Assembly: GCF_004010195.1 (NCBI RefSeq)
Contig: NC_057719.1
Span: 70,107,893 to 70,151,980 of the forward strand
Length of the DNA: 44,088 nucleotides
Direction of reading: 5' to 3'
Source: Chiloscyllium plagiosum
Lineage: Eukaryota
Both the position numbers and the translations under genes were made by a program. Below the pieces are notes generated by a model that was not told where the DNA came from, did no database searches, and saw nothing but the letters and a program-made list of their open reading frames with translations. The stretch's first letter is position 1, and each line of letters opens with the position of its first letter. Of the stretch, positions 25,238-37,320 are shown piece after piece.

Positions 25238-26220
25238 TATGACCGGTGGTGTGCTGCAAGGATTGGTGCTGGGTCCATTGCTTTTTGTCATTTATATAAA
25301 TTATTTGGATGTGAATGTAGGAGGTGTGGTTAAATGTTTGCAGATGACACCAAAATTGGTTGTATAGAGGGCAACAAAGAAGGTTACCTCAGAGTAAAAC
25401 AGGTCGTGGATTAGATGGGTTAATGGGCCGAGGAGTGGCAGGTGGATTTAATTTAGATAAAGGTGAGGTGTTATATTTTAGCAAGACGAATCCGGGCAGG
25501 ATTTACATACTTAATGGTAAGTTCCTAGGGAGTGTTGCTGAGAGACCTTGGAGTGCAGGTTGATAGTTCCTTGAAAGTGGAGTCATAGATAGGGTACTGA
25601 AGAAGGTGTTGTACGCTTGCCTTTACTGGTCAGTGCATTCAGCAAAGGAGTTGGAAGGTCATCTTGTGGCTGTACAGGACATTGGTCAGGGTACTTTTGG
25701 AATACAATTCTTACCTCCCTGCTAGAGAAAATATGTTGTAAAACTTGAAACAGTTCAGAAAATATGCACAAAGATGTTGACAGGGTCTGATCTGTAAAGA
25801 GAGACTGAATAGGCTGGGGCTATTTTCCCTGAAGCATTGGAGGGTGAGGGGGTGAACTTATAGAGGTTTACAAAATCATGAGAAGCATGGATAGGATGAA
25901 TAGACAAGGTCTTTTTCCCAATGTGGGGAATAAAAACTAAACAGCATGGGTTTAAAGTGAGGGAGGGGAAAGATTTAAAAGGGACCCAAGGGATAACTTT
26001 TTCAACCAGAGGGTGATGTATATGGAATGAGCTGACAGAGAAGGTGGTAGAGGCTAGTATAAATACAACATTTAAAAGTCATCTGCATAGGTAAATGAGT
26101 AGCAAGGGGCTAGAGGGATATGGGTCAAATTCTGGTAAATGGAACTAGATTTATTTCTGATGTCTGGTCAGCACTGACGAGTTGGACTGAAGGGTCTGCT
26201 TTTATGCTGTAACTCTGTGA
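25238..26220 (+). mobile_element. CR1-type LINE 3' ~1 kb
   Basis: GVLQGLVLGPLLFVIYINYLD...FADDTKIG; terminus gacgagttggactgaagggtctg. Confidence 0.9.
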
Positions 26221-26250
26221 CTTACACATTTGTGCATATGCAAACTGGAT

Positions 26251-26442
26251 ATTTTCTAATCAGCCTGCTGTGAGACATTATTACAGACCTCTGGAACAGG
26301 CCAAACTTGAACCCAGTCCTCCTGGTCCAGGAGTAGGAACACTGTCACTGTACCACAAAAGCCATCTCTGTCAACGTTAAGTAGTTATTTTTAAGCAAAC
26401 TATTCCAAGAGGTCATAAAACACTTCTGGAGCAGGTGGGATT
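26251..26442 (-). mobile_element. Family-B short SINE (26251-26363) plus a partial second copy (~26400-26442)
   Basis: Reverse complement carries TGGTACAGTG A-box, GGTTCAAG B-box and caggctgattagaaaat tail. Confidence 0.7.
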
Positions 26443-26739
26443 AGCTGCTTTTCTTTGACCCTCACTTACCTGGGCATGAACAATAACGGTGAGTCCTCAT
26501 GCTTTACGTACCTTATTTTTCACCTGCATACCAAGTTAGAAAACTTACCAAATAATCAATCATTTTAAAAATAGATATGATGAGTATACAATCAACTTTT
26601 TATGGAAATTAACACTTTGATGCATGTTACATGATTTTGGAATCTACTGTAGTTCTGCCATTCAAAAAAGATTATTCAATTTGTAAATGTCTGGAATTTG
26701 TTCATCAACTGACAGTGCATCCCAGAGCTGATTATGCCA

Positions 26740-26874
26740 GATTCCTGATGGAGGGCTTTTGCCCGTAATGTCAATTTTCCCTGCTCCTCGGATGCTGCCT
26801 GACCCGCTGTGCTTTTCCAGCACCACGCTGATCTAGACGCTGATCTCCAGCATCTGCAGTCCTCGGTTTTGCCT
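26740..26874 (+). mobile_element. Solo PLE family-1 terminal repeat starting at a degenerate hammerhead motif
   Basis: attcCTGATGG-A-GGGC TTTT GCCC-GTAAT-GTC followed by the same terminus as 10160-10258. Confidence 0.85.
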
Positions 26875-29789
26875 ATTGCCTAAAATTTCTCAGTCAGGTT
26901 TGGAATCCACCTGGACTGAATAGAATGGGATTTTCTATTATAGAAATTACGGGATAGAGTGGTAGAGTCTGTGAAATTTTCAGGAAGACACAAGCTATCA
27001 AGTTGTTACTGTTATGGGGCATTTTTAAGGTTTGATTAACCTCTTTGGGGCTGAAATGGACAGACTGTGTGGCTCTGACTTTTCTTTTACCAGCTGCAAG
27101 TGTAATGTATTGCTGAATTTCACATCATAATTTAAGGTAGCTTTTGAAATCAAGTGCCATGTATTGCAGATTATACGGAGCATGTGTCATGGAGAAAGCA
27201 ATAATTGAACACCTTACTCTAATTAGAAAAGGTGTCCTTTTATGTTGTGTAAAACCATGTTCACAAGATAACTTTACATGACTATTGATATCATTGCTAC
27301 ATACACCAAAGAAAATAGTGACAGTGCATGGCAACTTAAAGCACTTTTTTGATGTCTGCCACTGTCCATTACAAATGGGGAAATTCATACTTTTGTGGCT
27401 TCTCTTCTGAGTATTCCCTTCAGCAACCATCAAGTGAATCCTTTTCCTTCGCCGATTTTTGTGGTTCGACAAGGCAACCCAATTCCTGATGTAAATTGCT
27501 CCTTGGGAAAATTTTGTGTAAAATTATTATATCCGGCAGTCTCACTATATCATCATTAGCCCGAATAACTGCAAAGTATGTGACCAAGAAGAGGACTTCA
27601 AAGTTACAAAAACGGTTCCCATAAAAGCATTTAGTTAGTAATTCCAGCCACAGAACTACTGAAAAACCTGAATACCTGTACTTAAAATTTATGATTGCTT
27701 TTAGATTTTACTGTCAGTTCTGCTAATTTCATTAATCTAACTTAATTTGGAAGTAGAACATTCTATTTGTCATCTGTCGTGGAATGACCTTTTTGTTTGA
27801 TACGCAAGTAAAAGGTGAACAGATGTATTAATAAAACTTACTCAAGCTATTTAACAAGGGATAAATAAATATGTAACATAGCTAATGAGAAATCCAGGTG
27901 AATTATCATGATCTGTTTTCTTCACCCCTTTGCTCACATGCTACTCGGAGGTAATAACTAACACAGAACATAACTTCTTGAATGAAAGGTTTCACTGAGA
28001 TGTTCGGCTTTTGTTAGCTGTGCCATTCCAGCATGCTCTACCTTTGTAGTATATAACCCTGTCACCTGCTTAAATCAAGGTTTTGCCTTGGTGGGAAAAG
28101 ACAATGCTCTTCAATTTCCTCAAGTACTAATGTGAAACTACTGACTCCGCACAGATGCAAACAAGTAAATTAATGCTGGTCTTCTGTATTAGATTGAGGC
28201 AAAAGCACCTGAAGTGAAAGAAAAATAAAATTGATTTCATCCAAAAAGCACTAATAAGGTGAGTCCAAAATAAGATTAAAAATAAAGAATTGATTCAAGA
28301 AGTGTCTTTAAGTTTCATTTGATGTGCAGCATCTGAACCTTTTCAAATCAATTTTGTTTTAAGTTCATTTGATGGTTTACTGTGCACGTAGCACGCTTAC
28401 TGAATAGCGTTCCAGACAGTCAGTTCAGGTCTACGGAACCATGTTTCAGTTAGAATTCAAAGCAAAATAACTTTCTTTGGACATGAAAATCTCTGCAAAA
28501 TATACAAAATCTCTTAACATTCTCAATGTGCATACGTGAATTATGTGCAAACTAGGAAACAAAGCATTCCAGAATGCTTGATACTAGACATATGAAATGA
28601 CTGAGCAAAATGCAAATAACACTGCAGCACACAATTTAATACTGCTGAAGAAATTACAACACAATGTACACATAGATTTCAGCATGATGACTGCAGACTG
28701 ACACACCGGCAATGTTAATGAAGTTTAATTCTGAGATGGTGGAATGAAAATTAAACTAATGTAGTATGACAGGAAGACAGATCATTTTGTAATAAATGTG
28801 TTAGTGTATGAAACAAAAAATGTTTCCTACATCAAAGGTTTTGGCTATAATATTCATGCTTAAAAAGGTGTATGTGGAACAGTTAAGATATTGCCAGAAA
28901 CACATGCACAATGGTTCCTTCAAGTGAACTTACAATTGGAGCAACAATTTAAAAGTGTAGATTAAATGTTCTTTATCCCGCATTTGATATTATTTTTAAC
29001 AGCATAGTAACAACAATAGCAAATGATTTCCACCAATAAATTAACTTGAATTTCTAAGAAAACAATTGAAATGCATAGTTCAAATTAAATTTCACTTTGC
29101 ATTATTTTCAATCATGCTTGAAAATGTCTTTCCCACAGCAGTTTTTATATATAATGATGGAACAGGAACAAAACGGTGTTTTGAAGACATGCAGCAGGTA
29201 GCATTTTGAGAAAGATAAGGATTAAAGTGATTGACATGAAAAGTCCACAGTACTCAACTTTAACACACATTGTGCACAAAATGATCATATATGCAATATC
29301 ATATTTAACTTCCTTCTTCAACTGCTTTGTACAGCAGGCACTACAAATCCACAGCTATTGAATGATGAAGTAATCACTGGAAATGAAAACTGATGTGTAG
29401 AAATAATTTTAGAAAACATTTTAACAATAATATAACATAATTAGTGCTCTGTTGGTCCAATGGCAGATAACAACTCATACCTTTCGACAACCTACAAGCA
29501 AAATCAATTAAACAAATACATGATTTGATAAGTCAACATTTAATATCTAAGATGGGGGGATGATTGATGTCTTATCTGTCACAATGCCTCACTTCATTTC
29601 CACTCAATTACAAGATAACATTTTCATTCATTGGTAGGTTTGCTCAATTTTTATTTGAGAGACAATGCAGTTAAATTGAGAGAAGACTGACAAGACGATC
29701 AACATTAAAAATTATAACTTCAGTATAGTGCTATAAGTGGATTTACTACAATTTACAATAAATCTGAATTCTTGCTGAGAAAGTCACTT

Positions 29790-30155
29790 CTTAAACATTG
29801 CTAAAGAAAGACTGAAAATTGAAGCTTTTCTCATCATGCGCTTATCAGAACTGAGATGCAAGAAACCGATTTGAGAGAGACTCCATTTTATGCAAAATGA
29901 GAAGAAGGCCTGACTGGTTAAGCCATCATTGGCATGGAGATATAGTAAAAGGAGTTAATCATCAATCTTAATTCTCAAGAGTAGGCAGATAGGTTCTGAT
30001 TGTCAGAGCATTGCCATGGGGATGCAGTAACATATGGCAATCTCCATGACCATTTTTGTAAAAGTGCAATGTATGTATAAATTCCTTTTGCTAATGCAAA
30101 ACATGCCCTAAGTATTTATTATGGAGCTGTTAGTACAAGCGAATGCATTACACTA
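29790..30155 (-). mobile_element. Old Penelope-like element 3' fragment (family 2)
   Basis: Minus strand ends in CTGATAAG...GAAAAGCTTC (hammerhead-like); terminal ~130 bp homologous to 32838-32968; upstream part loosely resembles a GIY-YIG C-terminus. Confidence 0.55.
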
Positions 30156-31043
30156 AGGATGATATTATTTATTTAATAACTGGTTTCCAAAAGCAGAATC
30201 ATATCTGAACGTGGATATATTTTTCTGAGGCTTACAAGCATGGGATGGGTTGAACACGAGTAGCCTGCTGCCACCTGTGAATGGTCAACCAATCACGTTC
30301 TTTGATATATTCTGCAGTTGCAGAGACATACGGCCTACGTGCCTGGAACTCATACCACATCACTCACTTGTGTGGCAGGCAGGGATTCTTTTTAACTTGA
30401 CTGCTAGTGGAGAAAACTACTTGTGGATTTACTGCAAAATAGCAGCATGAGACAGCGAGCTTCAGCTGTAGCTCAAACTTTTGAGACACCTTCCACTTCC
30501 AAGCTAATCTGAGGTGGACTGACCTTGAAGTAAGCTTGATGTTGAGGCTGCACCATCCACTTGATAATGGATGCCTTGATCAAATTATCATTCATTGTAT
30601 ATTGTGAAAATTCATGAAAGGGTCTATATCCACCACTTTTAGCTATGACAAGTGTCCAGTCTACCTCAGATCAGAATCTACCAGTCTGCTCTAAGAAGCA
30701 AGATTGACAGCTAACCATTCTGCTGCACATCATGCCAAAGGTGGCCCATCAAATCAGACTGGAGGCATGTGATCAGCAATGTGCCACAAGGATCGGTGCT
30801 GCATGTGCTTATTTTTTTGTCCTTTTATATAAATGATTTAGATGTGAATATAGGAGGAATGGTTAGTAAGCTTGCAGCTGACATCGAAACAGGTGGTGTA
30901 GCTAACAGCGAAGATTATCTCAGAGTACAACAGGACCTTGATCAGATGGACCAAAGGGCCAAGGAATGGCAGATGGAATTAATTTAGATAAATATGAGGT
31001 GTTGCATTTTGGTAAAACCAGGGCAGGACTTATAAAACTATTG

Positions 31044-31710
31044 CGAAAGTGAGGACTGCAAATGCTGGAGATGAGAGTCAAGACTGTGGTGCTGGAAAAG
31101 CACAGCAGGTCGGGCAGCATCCAAGGAGCCGGTTCATGAGGATGGTGCAGAGCTGGAAGGTTGGAACTGGGGTAAGGTGGGGGGAGGGGAAATGAGGAAA
31201 CCGGTGAAATCCACATTGATGCCATGGGTTTGGAGTGCCCTGAGGCAAAAGAAGAGGCATTATTACTCCAGGCATTGGGTGGTAAGGCAGTGGCGATGGA
31301 GGAGGCCCAGGACCTGCACGTCCTTGGCAGAGTGGGAGGGGGAGTTGAAAAGTTCAGCCACGGGGTAGGGGGGTTTGGTTAGTGCGGGTGTCCCGGAGAT
31401 GTTCTCTGAAGCGCTCTGCAAGTAGGCGTCCTGTTTCCCCAATGTAGAGGGAACTGCAAGGGGAGCAACAGATACAGTAAATGACATGTGTGGAAGTGCA
31501 GATGAAACTTTGATGCATGTGGAAGGCTCCTTTGGGACTTTGAATGGAGGTGAGGGGGGAGGTGTGACGCAGGGTTTGCAATTCCTGCAGTGGCAGGGAA
31601 GGAAAAGGTGCGGAGTGGTGCCAGTGTAACTGTGAAAGATAGACACTTCCACGTAGCTGACAAAGAAACAGGCATAGCTGAGGCCAATGCAGGTTCCCAT
31701 GGTAACCCCT
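31044..31710 (-). mobile_element. Penelope-like element (family 1), internally deleted: RT piece, Cys-rich linker, GIY-YIG endonuclease, terminus
   Basis: ORF 31263-31700 MGTCIGLSYACFFVSYVE (RT motif B-like) and PCHCRNCK; ORF 31354-31581 VIYCICCSPCSSLYIGETGRLLAERFREH (GIY-YIG). Confidence 0.9.
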
Positions 31711-31729
31711 AACTAATTACACAACTATT

Positions 31730-32030
31730 GGGTGGCATGTGGCACAGTGGTTAGCATTGCTGCCTCACAGCCCCAGAGACCTGGGTTCAATACCCACCTT
31801 GGGCGACTGTCTGTGTGGAGTTTGCACATTCTCCCCGTGTCTACGTGGGTTTCCTCCGGGTGCTCCAGTTTCCTCCCACAGTCCAAAAGATGTGTAGGTT
31901 AGGTGAATTGGCCATGCTAAATTGCTCATAGGTGTAGGGGAATGGGTCTGGGTGGGTTGCTCTTCGGAGGGTCAGTGTGGACTTGTTGGGCCAAAGGGCC
32001 TGTTTCCACACTTTAAGCAACCTAATCTAA
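31730..32030 (+). mobile_element. HE1 SINE (V-SINE), full length
   Basis: A box TGGCACAGTGG, B box GGTTCAATACC, V-domain ctgtgtggagtttgcacattctccccgtg, CR1-like 3' tail. Confidence 0.9.
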
Positions 32031-32163
32031 ACTAATGGTAGGGCCCTGGGAAGCGCTGTCGACAAAGAGATCTAGGTGTAGGCGTATAGTTGCTTGAAAG
32101 TAGAGTCACAGATAGACTGGGTAGTGAAGAAGGCATTTGGCACACTTGCCTTCATTGGTCAGA

Positions 32164-32248
32164 AGAGCTTATGCTCGAAACATCGACTCTCCTGTTCCTT
32201 GGATGCTGCCTGACCGGCTGTGCTTTTCCAGCACCACACATTTTGACG
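32164..32248 (+). mobile_element. 85-bp PLE terminal-repeat insertion with 14-bp target-site duplication
   Basis: Flanked by perfect cttcattggtcaga at 32150-32163 and 32249-32262; content matches 10140-10225. Confidence 0.9.
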
Positions 32249-32837
32249 CTTCATTGGTCAGACCATTGAGCATGGGAGCTGGGATATCATACTGCAGCTG
32301 TATAGGATACTGGTGAGGCCACTTTTAGAATACTGTGAACAATGCTGTTCACCCTTCCATAGGAAGGATCTTGTTAAACTTGAGAGGGTGCAGAAAAAAT
32401 TTACAATGACATTGCCAGGATTGGAGAGTTTCAGTTATAGGGAGAGGCCGAATAGGCTGAGACTATTTTCCCAGGAGCATTAAAGGTTGAGAAGTGATCT
32501 TACAGAGATTTACAAAATCATGAGGGGCATTGATAGGGTGAATAGCCAAGCAATTTTTCGTAGAGTGGGTGAGTCCAAAACTTAAGGGCATAGGTTTAAG
32601 GTGGGAGGGGATACATTTAAAAAAGACCCGAGGGGTAATTTCTTCACATAGAATGTATGGAATGAATTGCCAGAGGCAATGGTAAAAGACATCCGGATTT
32701 GTATATGAATAGGAAGGGTTTAAAGGCATATGGACCAATTGCTGGCATTTGGGACTAAGTTAGATTGGGATGTCTGGTCAGCATGAACAAGCTGGACTGA
32801 AGGATCTGTTTCAATGCTGTATGACTCTATAAATCAA

Positions 32838-32968
32838 CACTTTCCTCTCATTCAGTGTAAAATGATCTCTATTTTTTTAAAACAAGTCTGTTCTTTTTAT
32901 GTCCTAATTCTGATGAGTGTAAGATGAAAAGCTGCAAATTCTACTCTCCTTTTTGCAATGATTAAAGT
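32838..32968 (+). mobile_element. PLE family-2 terminal remnant with hammerhead-like core
   Basis: CTGATGAGTGTAAGATGAAAAGCTGC at 32910-32935; flanks align to the reverse complement of 29790-29910. Confidence 0.55.
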
Positions 32969-33519
32969 CTGTAATGTTACTTCTATTAGTATCAGTCACT
33001 GATGCAAATCAACCTTTTATACAAAACAAAAGCAATGTCATAGCATAACACTGCATCATCTCCATTACAGATACAAATGAAAAGTGTAGAAATGATGTTA
33101 AAATACATTAATTTAACTCGATTCATCTCTGATTAGATTAAAAAAAGTTAATCTACAATCACCAACTAATGACATACAACAACTTGGGGTAGCAAACAGA
33201 AGTCTGATGCTCTGTAGTTGACTGGCATCCTACCTCTGCAAGAGAAACTTGTAGTAATAAGCTAGATGAAATATATTCAAGGTTCAAGAATATGTCAAAA
33301 CATTCCAGGTACCAAACAAAACTTGATACCTGCTTTTTAAAAAATAAATTTCTCCAAAATAATGATTTTGGAAACACTCATCAAAATATAAAACAGAAGT
33401 ACCTGGTAAGGGAGTCATGATTCATGAACGCTTGTTTCACTATATGTTAATATATCACCTTGAACCATGTGAACTACGATGTTTTCATTGAGCAAAACAG
33501 AAAAGGACAAATAAAAGAA

Positions 33520-34330
33520 TGCACAGAAGGAAGTCATGGAACTCACTGAATCTATGCTGACTCCCAATGGGAGTAATTTGCTATTTCCATTCCTTTCCCT
33601 ATACCCTAGCTTGAATTTGTCTCTTCAAATACTTGCCCAGTTCTTCTATGAATCCACAACAGAGTCTAACTTCACCACCACAACCTCAGGCAGTACATTC
33701 CAGGTAGAGTCATAGACTTATACAAGACGGAAACAGACCCTCTGGACCAACTCGCCCATGCTGACCAAATATCCTAAACTGACCTGGTCCCATTTGCCAC
33801 CATTTTGCCCATATCCCTCTAAACCCTTCCTATTCCAAATGCCTTTTAAAATATTGTAACTGTACTCGCCTCCACCACTTCCTCTGGCAGCTCATTCCAT
33901 ACATTCTGTATGAAGTTACCCCTCAGGTCCTTTTTAAATCTATCCCCTCCCACCTTAGACCAATGCCCTTGAGTTCTAAAAGTGGCCTACCAATGTCCTG
34001 TACAGCTGCAACATGATCTCCCAACTCCAATATTTAATGCACTGACCAATGAAGGCAAGCTTCTGTTGACCTATGACTCAATTTTAAAGAAACTATGCAC
34101 CCCTGGGCACTTTGTTCGGCAACATTAAACAGATCTAAACTCACTGCCAAGCTGAAAAGTTAACCTCATTACTACTAATTCTTTTACCAATCACCTTAAA
34201 TCATCATGTTCTCTGATTTTCGATGTTCCACCAATGGGAACAGATTTTCTCTATCTCCGTAGTATACCAATGATTTTGAATACCTATCTGATCTACTTTT
34301 AACCTTCTCTTATCCATAGAAAGTGATTCA
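33520..34330 (-). mobile_element. Old CR1 3' end containing a nested younger CR1 3' fragment (33705-34124)
   Basis: Inner piece is the reverse complement of the 25600-26220 type (agagtcatag...ggaaacagaccc); the outer sequence resumes after it. Confidence 0.75.
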
Positions 34331-35444
34331 ATCTCATCAGTAAGTCCGGCAAGCACAACCTGAATATTCTCTGCATTGAACCAGAACTGCAAGAGCATAC
34401 TGTTGAGTGTACTGGATACACTGGTATTGCAGATGCTGTGATGTGTTGAATTATATTTTGGAAAATGAATTTACAAACAAATCAGTGTGACAAGGCCAAT
34501 TGTGAACCAATAAAACAGATTCTGAGCTGCTTGACACTAATCTTAGAAAGTTTGACCTCGAAAACTGTTCCAGACTCCAACCTGACTTTGATTATCTTCT
34601 TCAGGGAAGCAAAGAGGTAGAAAACATTCATAAACAATACAAAACACCAGAAGTTTTCACTCTGTCTCCTTCCAGCTCACTGGTTTACTAAGCTGCCATT
34701 TCAAGTTGAGCAGCTAAATTAAGAAGCTTTCCCTTTGGAGCAGATTAACAATAATAACCTTAGTTAGTTAATCTCATTGGACACCTTTAAAATTAAAACC
34801 ATCTCAACAGTAAAGACATGAATATTTCTGAGAAGTCTTAAAACAATGGAGTACACAAGAATATATAATTAAAATGGGTGGTATTTCATCCACAACTTTG
34901 CAAAGGACATCCAGGTCCAATGACATATTTCCATTTGTTACTAATTATTTTGGAATGGAGTCTTTATGAATGTTCATACAGTAACAAAGAAATAAACTAT
35001 GAACTAACTATTGGTACTTTTTAAATTCATGTTTCGAGGGCAGTTGAAATGTCACATCTATATACTGGATGCTTTCACCAAAGTATTGATTCAGACCATT
35101 CTGTTTAAGATCAGGAAATCACAATTATCCCTTTCTGTTTTAAGTTGCTAAGATGATGGCCGTGTTCTCCAGGTGAAACCTGTTATTAATATTTGGATCA
35201 AATTAAACTACTAGAACATGCACAGGAACATTTCTGGCTAGGGGATTGAGATGCTATTGGAAGAGGCATATCTATTTTCCATTCAACTCATCCTTAGATC
35301 CTACCTGAACAACACAAATAATTTAACACATGTTCTGAAAGGAATCCAATTTTTGATGGAAAACTGACTTTCAAGAGTCATTTCTCGAAGTGGAACATTT
35401 CTAAATATGCTACAAAATCCAGACAACAGCAAATTCTGCCCTAA

Positions 35445-36285
35445 TAAGCCTTCCGGGGGGCGAGTGCAAAAGTTGGTCAGCTGTCTGAAGAGTGATCAAG
35501 CAACAGCTTGACATAGTTATACTCACAGAATCGTATTGTACAGACACCCACTGTCAGCATTCCTGGTTATGTCGTATTCCACTGGCAGGACAGATGCAGC
35601 ACAGGGATATATAGTTAGGAGGGAGTTGCTCTGTGAGTCTTCAACATTGAATGTGACTCCATGAATGCTCATAGCACATAGGCAAGGAACCATCCTGCTG
35701 AAAATCCTCAAATCCCAGTCTACTCATCCACTGCACATCTTTCATCCTTTGGTAATATCATGCCTTTCCCAAGATATCATCCTCAATGAATGTAATGCAT
35801 CACGATGTTAAAACTGCTGTCAAACTATGGAACTTTTGCACCAATGCTTAGTTCGGGCAATGCCTGGACCACATATTCCTGGCTTCAAGCAGCTTTAGTA
35901 GAAACAAGGATAAATGAGCTGAAGTCCAAAGGAAATGTGAGAGTGACTGTCCTTAATATCAAGGCACTACTTGATAGACTCTGTCATCAAGGGGCCTTAG
36001 CAAAGCTGAAAAAAATGGAACTACTCTCTCCTCATTGCAATCATATTTAGCACAAAAGGTGATGGTTGTTGAGATGCATCACCTCAGGCCCAGTGATACA
36101 TCCCTGCAGGAGTTACTCAGCGTGATGTCCTAGGCCTAACGATTTTCAGTGACCTCATCAATGACCTGTGTTGTCATTTGGTCTGAAGTGAGAATGTTCA
36201 ATGCTGATTGCAGTAGTCAGTATCATTTGTGGCTCTTCACATACTTGGCAGTCTGTTTCCACGTGCAAGGCCTGGATGATGTTCA
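35445..36285 (+). mobile_element. Decayed, internally deleted LINE of a distinct CR1/L2-group family (endonuclease and RT pieces)
   Basis: KQQLDIVILTESY..IPGYV (endonuclease); ORF 35805-36050 ELKSKGNVRVTVLNIKALLDRLCHQGALAKL (LDIKAAFDRV-like); GVTQRDVLGLTIF. Confidence 0.8.
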
Positions 36286-36919
36286 GGAGATCAGTGGCGC
36301 ATGGCCAAGAAGGGATTTGAATGCACAAATGAGAATTTTAAAATGGAAGTGCTGACCAATCAAGAATAGATGTAAGAGAGAGACATGTATGATGAGTTGA
36401 AAGATTTGGTTTGGCTTTGGATGCAGGCAATCCAGATGAGTTTTAAATAAATTTGAGCTTTCCAAGACTAAATATTGTGACATGGGGCAAAAGAGTATTT
36501 GAACAGTCAAATCTGGAGATGGAATCCACAAATAAATGTGGATCATTACTGTCACCCCAGCTTTTACAACCTATTTGTTCTTAAAGCTACATTTTTAACT
36601 TCAAAATCTATCAATCTCAATTTTAACATTTTCAGCTCACCTAATCATGACATCTTTTTGGAAGAAGAGAGTTCCTGATTTATGTACACATCTTGTGTGA
36701 GGTCCTTCCTGACATCACCCAGAAGAAACTGGCTCTGATTTAAGATTGTGCTCCCTCTCCCCGTTGTCGAAGAAGAAAATAGTTTGTTTCTCTATTCTAA
36801 CAAATCCTTCAACCATGTGAAATACCTTAATTAGATTATCCCTTCGTCTTCTCTACATTCATAGTTGGACAGGTAAAAAGCGATAAGATCAGAAATATAA
36901 TTTTGAATTGAGGGATCTT

Positions 36920-37320
36920 TTGGCCTTCCACATCCTTATGTGTTTCAAAGTATTGCATAGTGAATAAAGTATTGCCACTAGTTTAACATGGAAAAACAAA
37001 GGAGTTTATTTGCTCACAAAAAGCAATGAGATAATAATCAGATGATTTAGCTTTGTTGTTGATAGAAGGATAATGTTAGCCAAGGTACAAAGTAAAAATC
37101 AGTTCCTTAGGTGACATCATAGGATTTCTTGCAACATGAGAAGGCAGAAGATGCCTTAGCTAAACACATCATCTGAAAGACAACATCTCCAGCAGCACAA
37201 TACTGCCTGAGTACTGCTCATAAGTGTCAGCCTAGATTACATGCTAAAATCTCTGTAATGGGCTTGAGCCTATTATATCTGACTCAGATCAGAACAGTAC
37301 CATTGCACTAAGGCTAACAC
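36920..37320 (-). mobile_element. Deu-domain SINE (SacSINE1-like), old
   Basis: Minus strand tRNA-like head ...tctgagtcaga...ggctcaagccc, then taggctgacac...gcagtact..gg.agt...gtctttcagatga, matching my recollection of the DeuSINE core. Confidence 0.7.

Larger units (their letters stand above)
30755..32832 (+). mobile_element. CR1-type LINE 3' part split by three later insertions (pieces 30755-31040, 32031-32163, 32249-32832)
   Basis: ORF 30769-30987 VPQGSVL...YINDLDVNIGGMVSKLAAD; colinear with 25238-26220 once the inserts are removed. Confidence 0.9.

Noticed and set aside
27125..27472. 115-aa minus-strand ORF in repeat-poor DNA
   Set aside because: Non-ATG start, no homology recognised, weak splice signals
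31730..31805. tRNA genes at SINE heads (also 39317 and 43930)
   Set aside because: A/B boxes only, no intact cloverleaf, followed by SINE bodies
31975..32030. HE1 tail similar to CR1 3' ends
   Set aside because: Real, but an already known SINE-LINE tail-sharing relationship
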